NCBI GenBank assembly: GCA_027488395.1
Contig: JAIYBT010000015.1
Coordinates: 116,679 to 180,678 of the forward strand
DNA: 64,000 nucleotides
From: Methylophilaceae bacterium
Lineage (GTDB): Bacteria > Pseudomonadota > Gammaproteobacteria > Burkholderiales > Methylophilaceae
Direction of reading: 5' to 3'
Below, in pieces: positions 56,879 through 64,000 of this stretch; position 1 is the stretch's first letter, and each line of letters starts with the position of its first letter. The position numbers and the translations under genes are program-made. The notes beneath the pieces are model-generated. The model was not told where the DNA came from, ran no database searches, and saw nothing but the letters and a program-made list of their open reading frames with translations.

Positions 56879-58237
56879 ATGGATTTATTTTATGTCATGG
56901 ATTGTTTAACTGAGCTCTCTGCACTGCTCAAAGGCATTGACGTTCAAAAGAAACATCTAAAAGCCGCAGATAAAAGAATCATTGCGCAATACCTGCAAAA
57001 ATTTGTGCAATACAACCAAAAAGCATTGGATTTTTTAGGAGTACAGGCATGGGTAACAGGCACCGACCTGAATGCTGCGCTTCAATTTAGTGCCTCAAGC
57101 TATATCGGCTGTGTCCCACTGCGAGCTTCTGATACGGGTAAACAAATAGGCGATTTTGTAGTAAAACCAAGATACATCAACCAACAACAATATGATGAAT
57201 TTCTTGAAATACTCCACTTGCTCGGGCATGACATTTCCCCCGAATTTTTAGATGGATTAACTCTCAGCTCAGGTCACACGCTCAGACCACCACAATTTCT
57301 TGAAGCCATAAAATTTATCGATTTATTGCATCGTTTGTCTGGCGATGTTTGGCAGAAATTTGCTGTCATTCAACGTGAACAATCTACGCCTAGCGGCAAA
57401 GTCAATTGGGACAAATATGCGAAACAAAGCGCCCACCCTGAAAAGGCGCTTATGTTCCCACAGCGCAACAATAGCCTGACCGAAAACCATGCAGAATATG
57501 CAAAGTTACACTATGTGTTTGATCTATGTAGATCATTGCTAACACAAGCCCATCTCCCCAATGCATTGAAAAGACCAACGCAACAAAAAGTTGATTTTTT
57601 GACGCAACGTCTAGCGCCAATTGCTATGCAAACCACACGCAGCATCACGATAAAAAATAGCGATAAGCCATTGCTGCAAGCCTGTAAAAAACAAGCCAAT
57701 ATCATCTTGCAAAACCAAGCATTCGAGTGTCTTGGCTGGCGCTTAGATGTTGCCGAAATTTTTGAGCGCTATGTGCAGTACGTGTTTACAGAGCTCGCAA
57801 ACATTACAGGCGCTAGGTTGCATAAAAACGTCAAAATACCGGGACAGTTTAAAAAGCAATCAGCCTGGGAGCTCAAATATCTCGAACCAGATGCTATTTA
57901 TCAAAAAGAGCATTTAATGGTGGTTATAGATGCCAAATACAAATCACATTTTTATCATTTGGCTCATGACAGCGAAGCGCTCAAAGAGGAACATCGCCGC
58001 GACTTGCATCAAATTTTAGCCTACAGCGCGTTTAATCATAGTCCACATAAATCAGCAATACTGTGTTACCCAGCGCAATATTTTCAACATAAAACAATGC
58101 TTTATACCAATCCAGCGAACAACTGCTCCAACAAAGTCATCATGCTTGGATTGCCTATGAGCATCACCCTCTACAAAAACGCAAAACAAGCCATGATAGA
58201 GCTGTTACAGCAACTAGAGGCTGACACAGTACTTTAA
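56879..58237 (+). CDS. mcrC: McrC-like PD-(D/E)xK restriction nuclease subunit
   Basis: FERYV, LEPD...IDAKYK...DLHQILAY; follows mcrB. Confidence 0.88.
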   Translation: MDLFYVMDCLTELSALLKGIDVQKKHLKAADKRIIAQYLQKFVQYNQKALDFLGVQAWVTGTDLNAALQFSASSYIGCVPLRASDTGKQIGDFVVKPRYINQQQYDEFLEILHLLGHDISPEFLDGLTLSSGHTLRPPQFLEAIKFIDLLHRLSGDVWQKFAVIQREQSTPSGKVNWDKYAKQSAHPEKALMFPQRNNSLTENHAEYAKLHYVFDLCRSLLTQAHLPNALKRPTQQKVDFLTQRLAPIAMQTTRSITIKNSDKPLLQACKKQANIILQNQAFECLGWRLDVAEIFERYVQYVFTELANITGARLHKNVKIPGQFKKQSAWELKYLEPDAIYQKEHLMVVIDAKYKSHFYHLAHDSEALKEEHRRDLHQILAYSAFNHSPHKSAILCYPAQYFQHKTMLYTNPANNCSNKVIMLGLPMSITLYKNAKQAMIELLQQLEADTVL

Positions 58238-58281
58238 GCGCATGTTTTTCCTTGTGTTGATAAACTCACGCAATAATCAAT

Positions 58282-58316
58282 CATACTTTAAAAGTATGCC
58301 ATTCGGTATATACCGA
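58282..58316. promoter_or_regulatory. Stacked palindromes upstream of the small secreted-protein pair
   Basis: CATACTTT-A-AAAGTATG (58282-58298) and TCGGTATATACCGA (58303-58316). Confidence 0.6.
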
Positions 58317-58432
58317 CCTACCTATATCGATAGACGATTTGTAGACAAGCACCGCGCATAATGCAAACCATCGTGATTAAGCAAATGTTTAAAACTTACA
58401 TCACACTGTTCAACAAACAAAGGAGAGCAAAC

Positions 58433-58699
58433 ATGCGTAATTTAATTTCTGTCGTCGCTTTAGTCGCTGGTGTATTCGTGGCAGCCCCTGTCGTGGCAGC
58501 TGAACAAAATGTTGGTGCTGAAAATACACATGCCACACATCAATTTTTAAGCAAACGTCCCTATGTGGCACCTGTTGTAGCTAAGGCGGAAAGTGATCAA
58601 GCTTGGATTGGCGCAACACTGGTGGTAGATGGCAATCAGGCGGGTGCAAATGTGCATCAGCCACAAAGATTGCACAACCTCGGAAGACGTGCGTACTAG
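58433..58699 (+). CDS. Small secreted hypothetical protein, RPY-repeat paralogue 1 (88 aa)
   Basis: AGGAG RBS, signal-peptide-like N-terminus ending VVA, motifs HQFLSKRPY, DQAWIG, LHNLGRRAY. Confidence 0.85.
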   Translation: MRNLISVVALVAGVFVAAPVVAAEQNVGAENTHATHQFLSKRPYVAPVVAKAESDQAWIGATLVVDGNQAGANVHQPQRLHNLGRRAY

Positions 58700-58782
58700 T
58701 CAGACCTCTGTAAGGTTGGCGGGGTAGAGTGGCCCTGCAACCAGTGAAACACCCTATAAAAAAATATTTTAGGAGCGAACAA

Positions 58783-59079
58783 ATGAGCAAATTATTATTA
58801 GCAGTATTGGCTGTTGGTTTAGTTGCACAAGTACAAGCCGGCGATTTACCTGATGGTGAAACCAATGTGCGTACGCAACAACACAACAATTTTGTGGGTC
58901 AGCGCCCATATTCAAAAGCACCCAAGGTGCAGGCTAAAGGCGCCGATCAGGCTTGGGAAGGCACTGGCTTAGTGACACAAACGCCAGAGGAAGCTGAAAA
59001 AGCGTTGATGAAACATAACCAGTTACAGTTAAATTTTATGGGTAAACGCCCATATGTGGCACCGCGCAACGCAGAATAA
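58783..59079 (+). CDS. Small secreted hypothetical protein, RPY-repeat paralogue 2 (98 aa)
   Basis: AGGAG RBS, signal-peptide-like N-terminus ending VQA, motifs NNFVGQRPY, DQAWEG, LNFMGKRPY. Confidence 0.85.
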   Translation: MSKLLLAVLAVGLVAQVQAGDLPDGETNVRTQQHNNFVGQRPYSKAPKVQAKGADQAWEGTGLVTQTPEEAEKALMKHNQLQLNFMGKRPYVAPRNAE

Positions 59080-59125
59080 ATAGCGCTTTCAATACAATTT
59101 AAAACGATTCCTCACCTCTCTCTTC

Positions 59126-59151
59126 ACCCGCCTATTGGCGGGTATTTTTTT
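59126..59151 (+). terminator. Intrinsic terminator after the secreted-protein pair
   Basis: ACCCGCC-TATT-GGCGGGT-ATTTTTTT. Confidence 0.88.
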
Positions 59152-59166
59152 GCGCGTTTGTGCAGA

Positions 59167-59700
59167 TTATGTTTTAAGGAGGATGGGTGTTATTTCAAAA
59201 CTGCCGCCCGCGTGACTCACTAACATTTGTTGATCTTGAATGGTAAAGCTAATGGTTAAGCCGCGTGCGGCTACTGCGGTGAGCGCTTCGGTGTCTGGGA
59301 TATGTATCACGCTAACATGGTTGAGTTTTTGCATGGCTTTGCTGTGTTGTGTCCACCACATGTCGGCGGTGCGCGCACCATAAATTACTTGCACGACATG
59401 CTTGGCGCGACCACAGGCTTTGCGGATTTCGCGTTCATCAGGCAAGCCCACACAAATCCAGCGCTCAATCGCGCCTGTTAAATCTTTTTGCCATAGATCG
59501 GGTTCATCCTCGTCACTGAGTCCGTTAGCAAATTGCAGGGCTTCATCGGCATACATGACAAAAGCGAGCAAGCGCACCATTAAGCGCTCGTCGGTCTCGG
59601 AGGGATGCTTGGCTAAGGTGAGGCTATGTTGTTGGTAATAGTGACGATCCATATCTGCGATATTGACGTCGAATTTATAAATGGTGGATTTAAGCGCCAT
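59167..59700 (-). CDS. yaeQ: YaeQ family protein
   Basis: MALKSTIYK, HPSETDERLMVRLLAF, DEPDLW, WICVGLPDE; start ATG 59700. Confidence 0.95.
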   Translation of the reverse strand: MALKSTIYKFDVNIADMDRHYYQQHSLTLAKHPSETDERLMVRLLAFVMYADEALQFANGLSDEDEPDLWQKDLTGAIERWICVGLPDEREIRKACGRAKHVVQVIYGARTADMWWTQHSKAMQKLNHVSVIHIPDTEALTAVAARGLTISFTIQDQQMLVSHAGGSFEITPILLKT

Positions 59701-59862
59701 CGCGATATGCCTTGATAAAAAGTGTTGCGAGTATAGCAAAGCACGGGCGTTTGATGATGGATAAGCGTAGCGTGTTGCCGTACCACGATGTCAGGCAACC
59801 TAAACGTCAGGTAACAAAAAAGATACAACCGTTTGCTTGCGTATTATGGGTTTTATTGTAAA

Positions 59863-59890
59863 AATAAAAATGAAACGTTTTATTTTTATT
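59863..59890. promoter_or_regulatory. 28-bp near-perfect palindrome, probable TetR operator of the RND operon
   Basis: AATAAAAATGAAAC|GTTTTATTTTTATT, one mismatched pair, ends 2 nt before ATG 59893. Confidence 0.72.
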
Positions 59891-59892
59891 CT

Positions 59893-60576
59893 ATGACCAT
59901 TGCTTCATCCATCCCTGTCAACGCGCGCACCAAAACAAAAGTGGGTCGCCCTCGTAGCGGTACCGCCACAGAACGTCACGCCCGGTTGCTGGAGCAATCG
60001 CTCAACTTGTTGATGACAGAAGGTGTGGCGCATACCAGCATGGCGCGCATTGCCACGTATTGTGGCGTGTCTACCCGGACCTTATACGCACGCTATACTG
60101 ACAAATATGCCTTGCTGATTGCGGGCATGCAGCACATGATGGAACAAGATGTGCTGGTGATGGAAAGTTTAGGCCATTTGCAGGCGCAATCGCTGCATCA
60201 AATGTTGACCAATATTGGCCGCTTTATTTTAAGCCGCGTGCTTGAGCCTAAAATGCTCTCGTTTTTTAAAATTGGTTTGACCGAAGTGGCGCATTTCCCC
60301 CAGATTGCACGGGAAATGAAAGCGGTGGGCCCAGAGCGCGTATTTCAATTATTGGCCGAACGATTATCAGCCTATGCTGATAAAGGCGAGCTCCCCATAC
60401 TGAATTTTAATCAAGCGGCTGAGTCCTACTGCGAACTCTTAATCGCAGGCCCGCGGATGAAAGCCCTCTTTGGTGGATTGCCTGCAGATTGGGATCGCGA
60501 AGCCCATTTGCACTTTACCGTATCACTCTTTTTGAATGGAATCACTGGAATGAAAGCAGACCATGCACAAGCTTAA
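59893..60576 (+). CDS. TetR/AcrR-family regulator
   Basis: KVGRPRSG, GVAHTSMARIATYCGVSTRTLYARYTDK; start probably ATG 59893. Confidence 0.92.
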   Translation: MTIASSIPVNARTKTKVGRPRSGTATERHARLLEQSLNLLMTEGVAHTSMARIATYCGVSTRTLYARYTDKYALLIAGMQHMMEQDVLVMESLGHLQAQSLHQMLTNIGRFILSRVLEPKMLSFFKIGLTEVAHFPQIAREMKAVGPERVFQLLAERLSAYADKGELPILNFNQAAESYCELLIAGPRMKALFGGLPADWDREAHLHFTVSLFLNGITGMKADHAQA

Positions 60577-61987
60577 CTTGGTGGGGCTGATATGTTGCCT
60601 GAGCTTGAGTAGTTGTTCTGTCATTGAACCCTATTTACGGCCAACAATTGCCACGCCAGACTCTTGGCAAACCCCGTTGCCGCACGCAGGCCAGATCGGC
60701 GCAATGCAAGCGTGGTGGGGGCAGTTTAATGATCCAGTGCTCACGCAGTTGCAAGCACAAGCGCAACAAAATAGTCCTTCGCTTGAAATGGCATTGGCCA
60801 GTATTCGAGTGGCGCGCGCCAATGTATTATCTGCCCGCGCGCAAGGAATCCCAGATTTTTCCAGCACTACCAGTGCCACCCGCAGTAAAGGCGGCGGTGG
60901 CGGGGCGTTTCCTGCCAGCACCATTGAAATTGATGCGATTTCGTTGGATGCCAGCTGGGAGCTGGATTTGTTTGGCAAAGTAAAAGCGGCCAAACAAGCA
61001 GCCAAAGCGCAGCTGGAATCGAAAAAAATTGCCTGGCATGATGCCCGCATCAGTTTGGCGGCAGAAGTCGCCACCAATTATGTCAATTATCGCGCTTGCT
61101 TGGCTTCGGTGGCCGCACTTAAACAAGCCTTGGATTCACGCGCAGAAACCGCGCGATTAACGCGTATTTCTGCCAAAGCAGGCTTTACCGCACCTGCTGA
61201 TGTGGCGTTGTCTGAAGCGGCAACGCGCGCCAGTGAATCGACCTTAGATGGACAACAAGCTGAATGCGATGGCTTGGTAAAATCATTGGTTGCGCTGACC
61301 AACCAACCAGAACCCGCGCTAAGAACCATGCTTGGCAAAGCGCAAGGCGTGCCCAATCCAGCGGGTTTTGATGTGCGCAGTTTGCCCGCGCAATTACTTA
61401 GCCGTCGCCCCGATTTAGCCATCGATGAACGTAATTTGGCCGAAGCCAGTGCCAATGTGGGCGTGGCCAAAGCCCAGCTTTACCCAAGCCTGACGCTCAC
61501 GGGGTCAATTGGCTACCGTCGCACCACGTTTAATAATGTGGTGACGCGCAGTGATTCGTGGTCGTATGGGCCAAGTTTAAAACTGCCGATTTTTGATGGG
61601 GGTAGTTTGCGCGCCAATTTAGCCGAAGCGCGGGCTAACTTTGATAGCCTGTATGCCACCTATCAGCAAGATGTGCGAAATGCGGTGAAAGAAGTCGAAC
61701 AGGCGTTGGTCAATTTAGATAGCGCCACACGCCGTGCGCAAACCGAAGCCGCCAGCGCCGAACAGTTTGCCCAATATTTTAAAGCGGCAGAGCTCAACTG
61801 GAAATCGGGCGGCTTGGATTTATTGTCGCTAGAAGATGCGCGTCGTCAAAAAATTAATGCCGAACTCAACGTCATTACCCAACAAAAAAATCGGGTGTTG
61901 CAGTGGATTGCTTTATACAAAGCGTTTGGTGGCGATTGGCAAGATACCCGCAAGCCGACTGATTTGCCTGCAAAAGCCAGCAAATAA
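60563..61987 (+). CDS. Efflux outer-membrane factor lipoprotein (NodT/OprM family)
   Basis: Lipobox LSSC, WWGQFNDPVL, SWELDLFGK, LLSRRPDL, ALYKAFGGDW. Confidence 0.95.
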   Translation: MHKLNLVGLICCLSLSSCSVIEPYLRPTIATPDSWQTPLPHAGQIGAMQAWWGQFNDPVLTQLQAQAQQNSPSLEMALASIRVARANVLSARAQGIPDFSSTTSATRSKGGGGGAFPASTIEIDAISLDASWELDLFGKVKAAKQAAKAQLESKKIAWHDARISLAAEVATNYVNYRACLASVAALKQALDSRAETARLTRISAKAGFTAPADVALSEAATRASESTLDGQQAECDGLVKSLVALTNQPEPALRTMLGKAQGVPNPAGFDVRSLPAQLLSRRPDLAIDERNLAEASANVGVAKAQLYPSLTLTGSIGYRRTTFNNVVTRSDSWSYGPSLKLPIFDGGSLRANLAEARANFDSLYATYQQDVRNAVKEVEQALVNLDSATRRAQTEAASAEQFAQYFKAAELNWKSGGLDLLSLEDARRQKINAELNVITQQKNRVLQWIALYKAFGGDWQDTRKPTDLPAKASK

Positions 61988-62043
61988 AACAGTTATTAAA
62001 TCAGCACATCAACCCAATTCCCAATTAAACGTAGGAAATATCA

Positions 62044-63186
62044 ATGCAAACGTGGATCAGTTCAAAAAAAGTGGTGTGGGCGGGCTTGGCGATCTGCTTA
62101 TTGGGCGCTGGCTTGTGGCTTAAACAACGTGCACCCGCGCAAAAACCCATGCCAAATCAAGGCGCCAAAGCGGCGCTGAGCGTGGAGGCCGTGCAAGCAC
62201 ACACCGTAGCTTGGCCGATGACGCTCACATTAAATGGCAGTATTTATGCTTGGCAAGAAGCCTTGGTCAGTGCAGAAATCAGCGGTTTACGTATTAAACA
62301 GGTATTAGCCGATGTCGGCGATCGCGTCAAAAAGGGGCAAGTATTGGTCACCCTTGCCGATGAAACTGTACAAGCGGAATTGCTTAAACAACTGGCCACT
62401 GTCGAAAAAGACAAAGCTGCCTTGGCCGAAGCACAAAGCAATGCCAGCCGTGCACGTGAAATTAAAGACAGTGGCGCGTTATCTGCGCAAAAAATCAATG
62501 AGTATATGATTGCGGAGCAAACGGCCAAAGCCAATTTGGCGTTATCGCAAGCCGAGCTCGAAAATCAACGTATCCGCGTGCGGCAAACCCAAGTGTTGGC
62601 GCCTGATGATGGTGTGATTGCTTCAAGAAGCGCAAATTTAGGTAACGTGGTGGCTTCGGGTGCCGAATTGTTTCGTTTGGTGCGCCAAAGCCGCATTGAA
62701 TGGCGGGGCGAGGTAAGCGCCGAGCAAATATCGGTCTTACATGCGGGACAAACAGTGCAACTGATGTTACCCGGCCCCCATCAAGCGCAAGTCGTTGTGG
62801 CGGGTAAAGTCAGGTTAATTTCACCCGTGGTCGATAGCAATACCAGAAACGCGCTGGTGTATGTGGATATTCCTGCTAGCGCCGCTAAACCTGGCATGTA
62901 TGTGCAAGGCAAAGTAGATATTGGTCAACAACAAGGGCTAGCCGTGCCATTGAGTAGCGTGATTTATCGTGATGGCCATGCGTATGTGTTTGTATTAAAA
63001 GCAGCAGGCACAGGCCAACAACAAGTCGTTCAGCGCAAAGTCACCACTGGCCGCACGCGTGCAGCCCTGATCGAAATCACCGAGGGCATCTCGGCCGAGG
63101 CGATTTTGGTCAACAGTGGCGGTGCATTTTTAAATGATGGGGATAGGGTGGATGTGCTGGCGCCTAAAGCTGGGGCAGCTTCATGA
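62044..63186 (+). CDS. RND efflux periplasmic adaptor (MFP)
   Basis: N-terminal anchor, VGDRVKKGQVL lipoyl motif, APDDGVI, AVPLSSVI. Confidence 0.95.
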   Translation: MQTWISSKKVVWAGLAICLLGAGLWLKQRAPAQKPMPNQGAKAALSVEAVQAHTVAWPMTLTLNGSIYAWQEALVSAEISGLRIKQVLADVGDRVKKGQVLVTLADETVQAELLKQLATVEKDKAALAEAQSNASRAREIKDSGALSAQKINEYMIAEQTAKANLALSQAELENQRIRVRQTQVLAPDDGVIASRSANLGNVVASGAELFRLVRQSRIEWRGEVSAEQISVLHAGQTVQLMLPGPHQAQVVVAGKVRLISPVVDSNTRNALVYVDIPASAAKPGMYVQGKVDIGQQQGLAVPLSSVIYRDGHAYVFVLKAAGTGQQQVVQRKVTTGRTRAALIEITEGISAEAILVNSGGAFLNDGDRVDVLAPKAGAAS

Positions 63187-64000
63187 ATTTTTCCGCATGG
63201 TCCATTCGTAACCCAGTACCCGCCATTTTACTGTTCGTGGTGCTCAGCTTTTTGGGCATGCGCGCGCTCAACAGCTTGGGTAAGCAAAACTTCCCAGATA
63301 TTGAGCTTCCCGTCATTATGGTCAACGCCGCACTCGAAGGCGCCGCGCCACCACAACTAGAAACAGAAGTGGCGCGTAAGTTGGAAGATAAAATTGCCAC
63401 CATCGGTGGTATCGAGCACATGACCACCAAGGTCACCGATGGCAGTGTCAGCATCAGTGTGCAATTTACCATTGATACCAATAGCGAAGAGGCGCTTAAC
63501 TTAGTACGTAATGCCGTAGATAGCGCGCGCTCGGAGCTACCCTCTGCAGTGACCACGCCCACCGTTTCAAAAGTTACCACCTCGGGCAATGCGATTCTGA
63601 CCTATGTGGTATCGGCCAACAATATGGATGAAGGCGAGCTATCTTGGTTTGTCGATAATGAAATCAGCAAGGCCATGTTGTCAGTGAAGGGCGTGGGTAA
63701 AATATCGCGCACTGGCGGCGTCGATCGCGAAATCCAAGTCAATTTAAACCCGACCTTGATGGCAGGCTTGGGCGTTAATGTAAGCGATGTCTCGGTGCAA
63801 TTGAAGCGAGTGCAACAAGATGCCTCTGGTGGACGCGGCGATATTGGTGACAACGTGCAATCAGTGCGGACCTTGGGCGCTTTGCACAGTGCAGATGAAA
63901 TCCGCCAGATGGATATTCCGCTTGGCGATGGCCGCCACATTCGCTTGGCACAAGTGGCAGAAGTGCTCGATACCCACGCTGAGCGTTCGACCTACGCCAG
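63183..64000 (+). CDS. RND efflux permease (AcrB family), truncated at window end
   Basis: Manual translation from ATG 63183 (ATGA overlap): MNFSAWSIRNPVPAILLF...FPDIELP...GAAPPQLETEVARKLED. Confidence 0.95.
   Translation, partial: MNFSAWSIRNPVPAILLFVVLSFLGMRALNSLGKQNFPDIELPVIMVNAALEGAAPPQLETEVARKLEDKIATIGGIEHMTTKVTDGSVSISVQFTIDTNSEEALNLVRNAVDSARSELPSAVTTPTVSKVTTSGNAILTYVVSANNMDEGELSWFVDNEISKAMLSVKGVGKISRTGGVDREIQVNLNPTLMAGLGVNVSDVSVQLKRVQQDASGGRGDIGDNVQSVRTLGALHSADEIRQMDIPLGDGRHIRLAQVAEVLDTHAERSTYA

Noticed and set aside
55141-58432. Calling the McrBC block a mobile element or prophage remnant
   Set aside because: No integrase, transposase, terminal inverted repeats or tRNA target seen; reported only as a possible islet.

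Overview
Origin-proximal core region of a methylotrophic betaproteobacterium (Methylophilaceae, inferred from a near-canonical cytochrome c'' and the gene order). Contents, left to right: atp operon (atpD truncated), parBA-rsmG-mnmG, a cytochrome c''/cytochrome b pair, mnmE-yidC-yidD-rnpA-rpmH, dnaA-[oriC: DnaA boxes, DnaA-trios, AT-rich tract]-dnaN-gyrB with three parS sites, recG-spoT-rpoZ-gmk, an inserted ATP-grasp/alpha-E/Anbu module, yicC, a Ser/Thr kinase-PP2C pair, rph-rdgB-recQ-hemW, ampG-metW-metX, prmC-alkC-prfA-hemA, rpe-gph-trpL-trpEGDC, hemB, an accessory block, yaeQ and a TetR-controlled RND operon (truncated). Best candidates for new biology: (1) the ATP-grasp/alpha-E pair has a complete sigma54 + IHF + dual NtrC promoter, lacks its usual transglutaminase, and its Anbu protease is translationally coupled to gmk-rpoZ-spoT; (2) an McrBC-like GTPase/nuclease pair controlled by a C-protein and C-box, with no methyltransferase, an unrecognised N-terminal domain and a 1-nt frameshift; (3) two tandem paralogous small secreted proteins built on a repeated F-x-x-[KRQ]-R-P-Y motif behind stacked palindromes. 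No rRNA, tRNA, CRISPR array, transposase or integrase was seen. All motif matches were made by eye and reference consensus sequences were recalled from memory.
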